From assembly GCF_009914755.1 (NCBI RefSeq), contig NC_060948.1: a stretch of DNA of 64,000 nt, one strand, 5' to 3'. The stretch comes from the human T2T-CHM13v2.0 reference genome, Homo sapiens. A program made the position numbers and the translations under genes. This document shows, piece after piece, positions 12,739 through 27,053 of the stretch. Numbering within the stretch: the stretch's first letter is position 1; every line of letters begins with the position of its first letter. A model generated the notes under the pieces. The model made no database searches. It had not been told where the DNA came from and saw only the letters and a list, made by a program, of their open reading frames with translations.

Positions 12739-15700
12739 GGCCTGGAATAAAGTGGAATGCTACGGTCTCGAATGGAATAAAAATGTATGGAATGGAATGC
12801 AATGAAACGGAATCGAATGTCATAGAATGTAATGGAATGCAAAAAAATGGAATCCAAAATCATTGACTGGAAAGGCTGGGTGTCGAAAGGAATTGACTCC
12901 AATGGAATGGAATCGAATGGAATGGAAGTGAATAGAATCGAACTAAATCGAATGGAATGGAATTGATAGGAACGGAATGGAAAGGAATGCAATGATTTGG
13001 CATGGAATGGAATCGAATGGCATCGAATGGAATGGAATGGAATGCAATGGAATGGAATGTATTAGAATGGAATGAACTTTAATGGAATGTACTCGAATGG
13101 ATTCGACTGGAATGGAATGTTCTGGAAGTGAATGGACTCCAATGGAATGGATTCAAAAGGAATGGAATCGTACGGAATGGAATCTAATGGAATGGAATTA
13201 AATGGAAATGAATCAAATTGAATAGCACGGAATTGAATTGAATGGAATGGAATGCAATGGAATCTAATGAAACGGAAAGGAAAGGAATGGAATGGAATGG
13301 AATGGGCTGGAATGGAAAGGAATCGAAACGAATGGAATGGAATCGAAGTGAAGAGACTGGAATGGAATGCACTGGAATGGAAGGGAGTGTAATGGAAGGT
13401 TCTCGAAAAAAATGGAATCGAATGGAATGGAATTGAATGGAACGGAATAGAGTCGAATGGAATTGAATGGAATGGAATGGACTAGAGTGAAATGGAATCG
13501 AACCACAAGGAATGGACAGGAATAGAATGGTCTCGAATTGAATGGAATCGTATGGAATGGCATCAAACGGAATGGAATGGACAGCCACGGAATGGAATGC
13601 ACTCGAATGCAATGGAGTCGAAACTAATGGACTGGAATAGAATGGACTCGACTGGTACGGACTCCAATGGAATGGAATCGAATGGAAGGGAATCGAACGG
13701 AATGGAATCGAACGGAATGGACTCGAAGGGAAAAGACTGCAATGGAAAGGTCTCGAATGGAATGGAAATTAATGGAATGGAATGGAATCGAATGAAATGG
13801 AGTCAAAAGGAATGGAATCGAATGGCAAGAAATCGAATGTAATGGAATCGCCAGGAATTGATGTGAACGGAACGGAATGGAATGGAATCCAAAGGAATGG
13901 AATAGAATGGAATGGAATCGAATGGAAAGGACTCGAATGGAAATCACTCGAATAGAATGCAATTTAATAAAATAGGATCAAATGTAATGGAATGGAATGG
14001 AAAGGAATCGAAACGAAAGGAATGGAGACAGATGGAATGTAATGGAACAGAGAGCAATGGTATAGAACGGAATGGAATCATCTGGAATGGAATTGAATGG
14101 AATGGAATAATATGAAATGGAATGGAATGGAATGGAATGGAATGCCCTTGAATTAAATGGACTGGAATGGAATGGACTCAAACAGAGTGGAATGGAAAGT
14201 GTGGAGATAGAATGGAATGAACTCCTTTGGAATGGTGTAGTATGCAATGCAATCGACTGGCAGGGAATCAAAAGGAATGTAATCGAATGGATTGGACTGG
14301 AATGCAATGGACTCGAATAGATTGGAAACGGAATGCAAAGGAATGGAATGGAATAGTATGGAATGCAATGGAAGGGAATGGAGTGGAATAGACTAGAGTG
14401 GAATGGAATGGACTGGAAAGCAATGGACTGGAATGGAACTTTCTTGGATGGACTGGAATCAAACGGAATGGAATGCAATGCAATCAAATGGCATGGAATA
14501 AATTAGAATGAAAGAGAAACAAATGGAATTGAATCGAATGGATTGGAAAGGAATAGAATGGAATGGAATGGAATTGACTCAAATGGAATGGACTAGAATG
14601 GAATGGATTCGAATGGAAGGCAAAGGAATGGAATCTATTGGAATGGACTGTAATGGAATGGAATGGAAGGGATTGGAATGGACTCGAATGGAATGGACTG
14701 CAATAGAAAGGATTCGAATGGAATGAAAAAGAATTGAATGGAATAGAACAGAATGGAATCAAATCGAATGAAATGGAATGGAATAGAAAGGAATGGAATG
14801 AAATGGAATGGAAAGGATTCGAATGGAATGCAATCGAATGGAATGGAATCGAACGGAATGGAATAAAATGGAAGAAAACTGGCAAGAAATGGAATCGAAA
14901 TGAATGGAGTGTTATGGAACGGACTCAAAAGGAATTGAATGTAATAGAATGGAGTGGAGTGGACTCGAATATAATGGACTGGAATGGAATGAAATCACAT
15001 GGAATGGGAACGAATGGAATGGAATGGAATGGAATGGAATCGAATGGAAAGGAATCGAATGGAAGGGAATGAAATTGAATCAACACGAATGGAAGGGAAT
15101 AGAATAGACTGTAATGGAATGGACTCGAATAGAATGGACACGAATGCTCAAATTAAATGGACTCGAATGGAATGGAAACGGAAGGAATGTCATCGAATGG
15201 AATTGAATCGATTGGAATGAAATCGCATAGAATGGAGTGGAATCAAATGGAATTGAATCGAAAGGAAAGGAAGCGAATGGACTGAAATGAAATGGAATGG
15301 AATTGAATGGAAAGTAATGCAATGGAATAGAATGGAACGAAATTTCACGGAATGGAATCAAACTGAATGGAATCAAATCAATGGAATCAAATCAAATGGA
15401 ATGGAAAGGAATTGAATGGAGTAGATGGGATTGGATGGGATTGGAATGAAATGTACTGGAAAGGACTCGAATTTCATGAAACGGAATGGAATGAATTGGA
15501 ACGGAATGGACTCGAATGGAATGGAATGTCATGGGATGGCATCAAATGGAATGGCATCAAATGGAATGGAATCGAATGCAATGGAATGCTATGGAATGGA
15601 ATGGAATGCATTGGAATGGAATGTCCTCTAATGGAATGGATTCGAGTGGAATGGAATTGAATATAATGGAGTCGAATGAAATGGAATTGAAAGGAATGGG

Positions 15701-16317
15701 ATCGAATACAATGGAATATACTGGAATGTAACGTAATGAACTCGAATGTAATTGACTGGAATGGAATGTACATGAATGGAATGTAATCGAATGGAAAGTA
15801 ATCCAATGGAATAGAATCTAATGCAATAAAATCGACTCAGATAGAGTAGAATGTAATGGAATGGAGTGCAGTGCAATGGAATGGAATGGAATGGAATGCA
15901 ATGGAATGGAATGGAATGGAATGGAATGGAATGGAATGGAATGGAATGGAATGGGATGGAATGGTATGGAATGGATAGTAATGGACTGGAGTGAAATGGA
16001 CTGGAAAGGAATGGACTCAAATTGAAAGGGCTCGAAAGGAATGGAGTCAAATGGAATGGTCTGGAATGGAATGAACACGAATGTAATGCAACCCAATAGA
16101 ATGGAATCGAATGGCATGGAATATAAAGAAATGGAATCGAAGAGAATGGAAACAAATGGAATGGAATTGAATGGAATGGAATTGAATGGAATGGGAACGA
16201 ATGGAGTGAAATTGTATGCAGTAGAAGAGAATAGAATGGAATGCAAGCGAAAGGAAAGGAATGGATTGGAATGGAATGGAATTCATTGGAATGGAAGGGA
16301 ATGTAGTGTAATGGACA
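12739..16317 (+). repeat. DYZ1 unit U4, 3,579 bp
   Basis: GGCC spacing; 10-bp deletion plus gagaaac variant near 14515-14540; (ATGGA)10. Confidence 0.9.
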
Positions 16318-19300
16318 GGCCTGGAATAAAGTGGAATGCTACGGTCTCGAATGGAATAAAAATGTATGGAATGGAAGGCAATGAAACGGAATCGAATGTC
16401 ATAGAATGTAATGGAATGCAAAAAAATGGAATCCAAAATCATTGACTGGAAAGGCTGGGTGTCGAAAGGAATTGACTCCAATGGAATGGAATCGAATGGA
16501 ATGGAAGTGAATAGAATCGAACTAAATCGAATGGAATGGAATTGATAGGAACGGAATGGAAAGGAATGCAATGATTTGGCATGGAATGGAATCGAATGGC
16601 ATCGAATGGAATGGAATGGAATGCAATGGAATGGAATGTATTAGAATGGAATGAACTTTAATGGAATGTACTCGAATGGATTCGACTGGAATGGAATGTT
16701 CTGGAAGTGAATGGACTCCAATGGAATGGATTCAAAAGGAATGGAATCGTACGGAATGGAATCTAATGGAATGGAATTAAATGGAAATGAATCAAATTGA
16801 ATAGCACGGAATTGAATTGAATGGAATGGAATGCAATGGAATCTAATGAAACGGAAAGGAAAGGAATGGAATGGAATGGAATGGGCTGGAATGGAAAGGA
16901 ATCGAAACGAATGGAATGGAATCGAAGTGAAGAGACTGGAATGGAATGCACTGGAATGGAAGGGAGTGTAATGGAAGGTTCTCGAAAAAAATGGAATCGA
17001 ATGGAATGGAATTGAATGGAACGGAATAGAGTCGAATGGAATTGAATGGAATGGAATGGACTAGAGTGAAATGGAATCGAACCACAAGGAATGGACAGGA
17101 ATAGAATGGTCTCGAATTGAATGGAATCGTATGGAATGGCATCAAACGGAATGGAATGGACAGCCACGGAATGGAATGCACTCGAATGCAATGGAGTCGA
17201 AACTAATGGACTGGAATAGAATGGACTCGACTGGTACGGACTCCAATGGAATGGAATCGAATGGAAGGGAATCGAACGGAATGGAATCGAACGGAATGGA
17301 CTCGAAGGGAAAAGACTGCAATGGAAAGGTCTCGAATGGAATGGAAATTAATGGAATGGAATGGAATCGAATGAAATGGAGTCAAAAGGAATGGAATCGA
17401 ATGGCAAGAAATCGAATGTAATGGAATCGCCAGGAATTGATGTGAACGGAACGGAATGGAATGGAATCCAAAGGAATGGAATAGAATGGAATGGAATCGA
17501 ATGGAAAGGACTCGAATGGAAATCACTCGAATAGAATGCAATTTAATAAAATAGGATCAAATGTAATGGAATGGAATGGAAAGGAATCGAAACGAAAGGA
17601 ATGGAGACAGATGGAATGGAATGGAACAGAGAGCAATGGTATAGAATGGAATGGAATCATCTGGAATGGAATTGAATGGAATGGAATAATATGAAATGGA
17701 ATGGAATGGAATGGAATGGAATGCCCTTGAATTAAATGGACTGGAATGGAATGGACTCAAACAGAGTGGAATGGAAAGTGTGGAGATAGAATGGAATGAA
17801 CTCCTTTGGAATGGTGTAGTATGCAATGCAATCGACTGCAGGGAGTCAAAAGGTATGTAATCGAATGGATTGGACTGGAATGCAAAGGACTCGAATAGAT
17901 TGGAAACGGAATGCAAAGGAATGGAATGGAATAGTATGGAATGCAATGGAAGGGAATGGAGTGGAATAGACTAGAGTGGAATGGAATGGACTGGAAAGCA
18001 ATGGACTGGAATGGAACTTTCTTGGATGGACTGGAATCAAACGGAATGGAATGCAGTGCAATCAAATGGCATGGAATAAAATAGAATGAAAGAGAATCAA
18101 ATGGAATTGAATCGAATGGAATCGAATGGATTGGAAAGGAATAGAATGGAATGGAATGGAATTGACTCAAATGGAATGGACTAGAATGGAATGGATTCGA
18201 ATGGAAGGCAAAGGAATGGAATCTATTGGAATGGACTGTAATGGAATGGAATGGAAGGGATTGGAATGGACTCGAATGGAATGGACTGCAATAGAAAGGA
18301 TTCGAATGGAATGAAAAAGAATTGAATGGAATAGAACAGAATGGAATCAAATCGAATGAAATGGAATGGAATAGAAAGGAATGGAATGAAATGGAATGGA
18401 AAGGATTCGAATGGAATGCAATCGAATGGAATGGAATCGAACGGAATGGAATAAAATGGAAGAAAACTGGCAAGAAATGGAATCGAAATGAATGGAGTGT
18501 TATGGAACGGACTCAAAAGGAATTGAATGTAATAGAATGGAGTGGAGTGGACTCGAATATAATGGACTGGAATGGAATGAAATCACATGGAATGGGAACG
18601 AATGGAATGGAATGGAAAGGAATGGAATCGAATGGAAAGGAATCGAATGGAAGGGAATGAAATTGAATCAACACGAATGGAAGGGAATAGAATAGACTGT
18701 AATGGAATGGACTCGAATAGAATGGACACGAATGCTCAAATTAAATGGACTCGAATGGAATGGAAACGAAAGGAATGTCATCGAATGGAATTGAATCGAT
18801 TGGAATGAAATCGCATAGAATGGAGTGGAATCAAATGGAATTGAATCGAAAGGAAAGGAAGCGAATGGACTGAAATGAAATGGAATGGAATTGAATGGAA
18901 AGTAATGCAATGGAATAGAATGGAACGAAATTTCACGGAATGGAATCAAACTGAATGGAATCAAATCAATGGAATCAAATCAAATGGAATGGAAAGGAAT
19001 TGAATGGAGTAGATGGGATTGGATGGGATTGGAATGAAATGTACTGGAAAGGACTCGAATTTCATGAAACGGAATGGAATGAATTGGAACGGAATGGACT
19101 CGAATGGAATGGAATGTCATGGGATGGCATCAAATGGAATGACATCAAATGGAATGGAATCGAATGCAATGGAATGCTATGGAATGGAATGGAATGCATT
19201 GGAATGGAATGTCCGCTAATGGAATGGATTCGAGTGGAATGGAATTGAATATAATGGAGTCGAATGAAATGGAATTGAAAGGAATGGGATCGAATACAAT

Positions 19301-19900
19301 GGAATATACTGGAATGTAACGTAATGAACTCGAATGTAATTGACTGGAATGGAATGTACATGAATGGAATGTAATCGAATGGAAAGTAATCCAATGGAAT
19401 AGAATCTAATGCAATAAAATCGACTCAGATAGAGTAGAATGTAATGGAATGGAGTGCAGTGCAATGGAATGGAATGGAATGGAATGCAATGGAATGGAAT
19501 GGAATGGAATGGAATGGAATGGAATGGAATGGAATGGGATGGAATGGTATGGAATGGATAGTAATGGACTGGAGTGAAATGGACTGGAAAGGAATGGACT
19601 CAAATTGAAAGGGCTCGAAAGGAATGGAGTCAAATGGAATGGTCTGGAATGGAATGAACACGAATGTAATGCAACCCAATAGAATGGAATCGAATGGCAT
19701 GGAATATAAAGAAATGGAATCGAAGAGAATGGAAACAAATGGAATGGAATTGAATGGAATGGAATTGAATGGAATGGGAACGAATGGAGTGAAATTGTAT
19801 GCAGTAGAAGAGAATAGAATGGAATGCAAGCGAAAGGAAAGGAATGGATTGGAATGGAATGGAATTCATTGGAATGGAAGGGAATGTAGTGTAATGGACA
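16318..19900 (+). repeat. DYZ1 unit U5, 3,583 bp (copy of U2)
   Basis: Same private variants as U2, including PstI at 17836-17841 and tccgctaat near 19212. Confidence 0.9.
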
Positions 19901-22900
19901 GGCCTGGAATAAAGTGGAATGCTACGGTCTCGAATGGAATAAAAATGTATGGAATGGAATGCAATGAAACGGAATCGAATGTCATAGAATGTAATGGAAT
20001 GCAAAAAAATGGAATCCAAAATCATTGACTGGAAAGGCTGGGTGTCGAAAGGAATTGACTCCAATGGAATGGAATCGAATGGAATGGAAGTGAATAGAAT
20101 CGAACTAAATCGAATGGAATGGAATTGATAGGAACGGAATGGAAAGGAATGCAATGATTTGGCATGGAATGGAATCGAATGGCATCGAATGGAATGGAAT
20201 GGAATGCAATGGAATGGAATGTATTAGAATGTAATGAACTTTAATGGAATGTACTCGAATGGATTCGACTGGAATGGAATGTTCTGGAAGTGAATGGACT
20301 CCAATGGAATGGATTCAAAAGGAATGGAATCGTACGGAATGGAATCTAATGGAATGGAATTAAATGGAAATGAATCAAATTGAATAGCACGGAATTGAAT
20401 TGAATGGAATGGAATGCAATGGAATCTAATGAAACGGAAAGGAAAGGAATGGAATGGAATGGAATGGGCTGGAATGGAAAGGAATCGAAACGAATGGAAT
20501 GGAATCGAAGTGAAGAGACTGGAATGGAATGCACTGGAATGGAAGGGAGTGTAATGCAAGGTTCTCGAAAAAAATGGAATCGAATGGAATGGAATTGAAT
20601 GGAACGGAATAGAGTCGAATGGAATTGAATGGAATGGAATGGACTAGAGTGAAATGGAATCGAACCACAAGGAATGGACAGGAATAGAATGGTCTCGAAT
20701 TGAATGGAATCGTATGGAATGGCATCAAACGGAATGGAATGGACAGCCACGGAATGGAATGCACTCGAATGCAATGGAGTCGAAACTAATGGACTGGAAT
20801 AGAATGGACTCGACTGGTACGGACTCCAATGGAATGGAATCGAATGGAAGGGAATCGAACGGAATGGACTCGAAGGGAAAAGACTGCAATGGAAAGGTCT
20901 CGAATGGAATGGAAATTAATGGAATGGAATGGAATCGAATGAAATGGAGTCAAAAGGAATGGAATCGAATGGCAAGAAATCGAATGTAATGGAATCGCCA
21001 GGAATTGATGTGAACGGAACGGAATGGAATGGAATCCAAAGGAATGGAATAGAATGGAATGGAATCGAATGGAAAGGACTCGAATGGAAATCACTCGAAT
21101 AGAATGCAATTTAATAAAATAGGATCAAATGTAATGGAATGGAATGGAAAGGAATCGAAACGAAAGGAATGGAGACAGATGGAATGGAATGGAACAGAGA
21201 GCAATGGTATAGAATGGAATGGAATCATCTGGAATGGAATTGAATGGAATGGAATAATATGAAATGGAATGGAATGGAATGGAATGGAATGGAATGCCCT
21301 TGAATTAAATGGACTGGAATGGAATGGACTCAAACAGAGTGGAATGGAAAGTGTGGAGATAGAATGGAATGAACTCCTTTGGAATGGTGTAGTATGCAAT
21401 GCAATCGACTGGCAGGGAATCAAAAGGAATGTAATCGAATGGATTGGACTGGAGTGCAATGGACTCGAATAGATTGGAAACGGAATGCAAAGGAATGGAA
21501 TGGAATAGTATGGAATGCAATGGAAGGGAATGGAGTGGGATAGACTAGAGTGGAATGGAATGGACTGGAAAGCAATGGACTGGAATGGAACTTTCTTGGA
21601 TGGACTGGAATCAAACGGAATGGAATGCAATGCAATCAAATGGCATGGAATAAATTAGAATGAAAGAGAATCAAATGGAATTGAATCGAATGGAATCGAA
21701 TGGATTGGAAAGGAATAGAATGGAATGGAATGGAATTGACTCAAATGGAATGGACTAGAATGGAATGGATTCGAATGGAAGGCAAAGGAATGGAATCTAT
21801 TGGAATGGACTGTAATGGAATGGAATGGAAGGGATTGGAATGGACTCGAATGGAATGGACTGCAATAGAAAGGATTCGAATGGAATGAAAAAGAATTGAA
21901 TGGAATAGAACAGAATGGAATGAAATCGAATGAAATGGAATGGAATAGAAAGGAATGGAATGAAATGGAATGGAAAGGATTCGAATGGAATGCAATCGAA
22001 TGGAATGGAATCGAACGGAATGGAATAAAATGGAAGAAAACTGGCAAGAAATGGAATCGAAATGAATGGAGTGTTATGGAACGGACTCAAAAGGAATTGA
22101 ATGTAATAGAATGGAGTGGAGTGGACTCGAATATAATGGACTGGAATGGAATGAAATCACATGGAATGGGAACGAATGGAATGGAATGGAAAGGAATGGA
22201 ATCGAATGGAAAGGAATCGAATGGAAGGGAATGAAATTGAATCAACACGAATGGAAGGGAATAGAATAGACTGTAATGGAATGGACTCGAATAGAATGGA
22301 CACGAATGCTCAAATTAAATGGACTCGAATGGAATGGAAACGAAAGGAATGTCATCGAATGGAATTGAATCGATTGGAATGAAATCGCATAGAATGGAGT
22401 GGAATCAAATGGAATTGAATCGAAAGGAAAGGAAGCGAATGGACTGAAATGAAATGGAATGGAATTGAATGGAAAGTAATGCAATGGAATAGAATGGAAC
22501 GAAATTTCACGGAATGGAATCAAACTGAATGGAATCAAATCAATGGAATCAAATCACATGGAATGGAAAGGAATTGAATGGAGTAGATGGGATTGGATGG
22601 GATTGGAATGAAATGTACTGGAAAGGACTCGAATTTCATGAAACGGAATGGAATGAATTGGAACGGAATGGACTCGAATGGAATGGAATGTCATGGGATG
22701 GCATCCAATGGAATGGCATCAAATGGAATGGAATCGAATGCAATGGAATGCTATGGAATGGAATGGAATGCATTGGAATGGAATGTCCTCTAATGGAATG
22801 GATTCGAGTGGAATGGAATTGAATATAATGGAGTCGAATGAAATGGAATTGAAAGGAATGGGATCGAATACAATGGAATATACTGGAATGTAACGTAATG

Positions 22901-23474
22901 AACTCGAATGTAATTGACTGGAATGGAATGTACATGAATGGAATGTAATCGAATGGAAAGTAATCCAATGGAATAGAATCTAATGCAATAAAATCGACTC
23001 AGATAGAGTAGAATGTAATGGAATGGAGTGCAGTGCAATGGAATGGAATGGAATGGAATGCAATGGAATGGAATGGAATGGAATGGAATGGAATGGAATG
23101 GAATGGAATGGGATGGAATGGTATGGAATGGATAGTAATGGACTGGAGTGAAATGGACTGGAAAGGAATGGACTCAAATTGAAAGGGCTCGAAAGGAATG
23201 GAGTCAAATGGAATGGTCTGGAATGGAATGAACACGAATGTAATGCAACCCAATAGAATGGAATCGAATGGCATGGAATATAAAGAAATGGAATCGAAGA
23301 GAATGGAAACAAATGGAATGGAATTGAATGGAATGGAATTGAATGGAATGGGAACGAATGGAGTGAAATTGTATGCAGTAGAAGAGAATAGAATGGAATG
23401 CAAGCGAAAGGAAAGGAATGGATTGGAATGGAATGGAATTCATTGGAATGGAAGGGAATGTAGTGTAATGGACA
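19901..23474 (+). repeat. DYZ1 unit U6, 3,574 bp (copy of U3)
   Basis: Same private variants as U3; perfect tract one pentamer shorter (9). Confidence 0.9.
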
Positions 23475-26400
23475 GGCCTGGAATAAAGTGGAATGCTACG
23501 GTCTCGAATGGAATAAAAATGTATGGAATGGAATGCAATGAAACGGAATCGAATGTCATAGAATGTAATGGAATGCAAAAAAATGGAATCCAAAATCATT
23601 GACTGGAAAGGCTGGGTGTCGAAAGGAATTGACTCCAATGGAATGGAATCGAATGGAATGGAAGTGAATAGAATCGAACTAAATCGAATGGAATGGAATT
23701 GATAGGAACGGAATGGAAAGGAATGCAATGATTTGGCATGGAATGGAATCGAATGGCATCGAATGGAATGGAATGGAATGCAATGGAATGGAATGTATTA
23801 GAATGGAATGAACTTTAATGGAATGTACTCGAATGGATTCGACTGGAATGGAATGTTCTGGAAGTGAATGGACTCCAATGGAATGGATTCAAAAGGAATG
23901 GAATCGTACGGAATGGAATCTAATGGAATGGAATTAAATGGAAATGAATCAAATTGAATAGCACGGAATTGAATTGAATGGAATGGAATGCAATGGAATC
24001 TAATGAAACGGAAAGGAAAGGAATGGAATGGAATGGAATGGGCTGGAATGGAAAGGAATCGAAACGAATGGAATGGAATCGAAGTGAAGAGACTGGAATG
24101 GAATGCACTGGAATGGAAGGGAGTGTAATGGAAGGTTCTCGAAAAAAATGGAATCGAATGGAATGGAATTGAATGGAACGGAATAGAGTCGAATGGAATT
24201 GAATGGAATGGAATTGACTAGAGTGAAATGGAATCGAACCACAAGGAATGGACAGGAATAGAATGGTCTCGAATTGAATGGAATCGTATGGAATGGCATC
24301 AAACGGAATGGAATGGACAGCCACGGAATGGAATGCACTCGAATGCAATGGAGTCGAAACTAATGGACTGGAATAGAATGGACTCGACTGGTACGGACTC
24401 CAATGGAATGGAATCGAATGGAAGGGAATCGAACGGAATGGAATCGAACGGAATGGACTCGAAGGGAAAAGACTGCAATGGAAAGGTCTCGAATGGAATG
24501 GAAATTAATGGAATGGAATGGAATCGAATGAAATGGAGTCAAAAGGAATGGAATCGAATGGCAAGAAATCGAATGTAATGGAATCGCCAGGAATTGATGT
24601 GAACGGAACGGAATGGAATGGAATCCAAAGGAATGGAATAGAATGGAATGGAATCGAATGGAAAGGACTCGAATGGAAATCACTCGAATAGAATGCAATT
24701 TAATAAAATAGGATCAAATGTAATGGAATGGAATGGAAAGGAATCGAAACGAAAGGAATGGAGACAGATGGAATGTAATGGAACAGAGAGCAATGGTATA
24801 GAACGGAATGGAATCATCTGGAATGGAATTGAATGGAATGGAATAATATGAAATGGAATGGAATGGAATGGAATGGAATGCCCTTGAATTAAATGGACTG
24901 GAATGGAATGGACTCAAACAGAGTGGAATGGAAAGTGTGGAGATAGAATGGAATGAACTCCTTTGGAATGGTGTAGTATGCAATGCAATCGACTGGCAGG
25001 GAATCAAAAGGAATGTAATCGAATGGATTGGACTGGAATGCAATGGACTCGAATAGATTGGAAACGGAATGCAAAGGAATGGAATGGAATAGTATGGAAT
25101 GCAATGGAAGGGAATGGAGTGGAATAGACTAGAGTGGAATGGAATGGACTGGAAAGCAATGGACTGGAATGGAACTTTCTTGGATGGACTGGAATCAAAC
25201 GGAATGGAATGCAATGCAATCAAATGGCATGGAATAAATTAGAATGAAAGAGAAACAAATGGAATTGAATCGAATGGATTGGAAAGGAATAGAATGGAAT
25301 GGAATGGAATTGACTCAAATGGAATGGACTAGAATGGAATGGATTCGAATGGAAGGCAAAGGAATGGAATCTATTGGAATGGACTGTAATGGAATGGAAT
25401 GGAAGGGATTGGAATGGACTCGAATGGAATGGACTGCAATAGAAAGGATTCGAATGGAATGAAAAAGAATTGAATGGAATAGAACAGAATGGAATCAAAT
25501 CGAATGAAATGGAATGGAATAGAAAGGAATGGAATGAAATGGAATGGAAAGGATTCGAATGGAATGCAATCGAATGGAATGGAATCGAACGGAATGGAAT
25601 AAAATGGAAGAAAACTGGCAAGAAATGGAATCGAAATGAATGGAGTGTTATGGAACGGACTCAAAAGGAATTGAATGTAATAGAATGGAGTGGAGTGGAC
25701 TCGAATATAATGGACTGGAATGGAATGAAATCACATGGAATGGGAACGAATGGAATGGAATGGAATGGAATGGAATCGAATGGAAAGGAATCGAATGGAA
25801 GGGAATGAAATTGAATCAACACGAATGGAAGGGAATAGAATAGACTGTAATGGAATGGACTCGAATAGAATGGACACGAATGCTCAAATTAAATGGACTC
25901 GAATGGAATGGAAACGGAAGGAATGTCATCGAATGGAATTGAATCGATTGGAATGAAATCGCATAGAATGGAGTGGAATCAAATGGAATTGAATCGAAAG
26001 GAAAGGAAGCGAATGGACTGAAATGAAATGGAATGGAATTGAATGGAAAGTAATGCAATGGAATAGAATGGAACGAAATTTCACGGAATGGAATCAAACT
26101 GAATGGAATCAAATCAATGGAATCAAATCAAATGGAATGGAAAGGAATTGAATGGAGTAGATGGGATTGGATGGGATTGGAATGAAATGTACTGGAAAGG
26201 ACTCGAATTTCATGAAACGGAATGGAATGAATTGGAACGGAATGGACTCGAATGGAATGGAATGTCATGGGATGGCATCAAATGGAATGGCATCAAATGG
26301 AATGGAATCGAATGCAATGGAATGCTATGGAATGGAATGGAATGCATTGGAATGGAATGTCCTCTAATGGAATGGATTCGAGTGGAATGGAATTGAATAT

Positions 26401-27053
26401 AATGGAGTCGAATGAAATGGAATTGAAAGGAATGGGATCGAATACAATGGAATATACTGGAATGTAACGTAATGAACTCGAATGTAATTGACTGGAATGG
26501 AATGTACATGAATGGAATGTAATCGAATGGAAAGTAATCCAATGGAATAGAATCTAATGCAATAAAATCGACTCAGATAGAGTAGAATGTAATGGAATGG
26601 AGTGCAGTGCAATGGAATGGAATGGAATGGAATGCAATGGAATGGAATGGAATGGAATGGAATGGAATGGAATGGAATGGAATGGAATGGGATGGAATGG
26701 TATGGAATGGATAGTAATGGACTGGAGTGAAATGGACTGGAAAGGAATGGACTCAAATTGAAAGGGCTCGAAAGGAATGGAGTCAAATGGAATGGTCTGG
26801 AATGGAATGAACACGAATGTAATGCAACCCAATAGAATGGAATCGAATGGCATGGAATATAAAGAAATGGAATCGAAGAGAATGGAAACAAATGGAATGG
26901 AATTGAATGGAATGGAATTGAATGGAATGGGAACGAATGGAGTGAAATTGTATGCAGTAGAAGAGAATAGAATGGAATGCAAGCGAAAGGAAAGGAATGG
27001 ATTGGAATGGAATGGAATTCATTGGAATGGAAGGGAATGTAGTGTAATGGACA
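23475..27053 (+). repeat. DYZ1 unit U7, 3,579 bp (copy of U4)
   Basis: Same 10-bp deletion/gagaaac (near 25250) and aaacggaagg (near 25915) as U4. Confidence 0.9.

Larger units (their letters stand above)
5577..27053 (+). repeat. Higher-order tandem duplication of three units (U2-U4 / U5-U7), period 10,741-10,736 bp
   Basis: More than ten rare variants recur in order at this offset; unit lengths 3583/3579/3579 vs 3583/3574/3579. Coordinates are set at the GGCC sites; true breakpoints are approximate. Confidence 0.9.
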
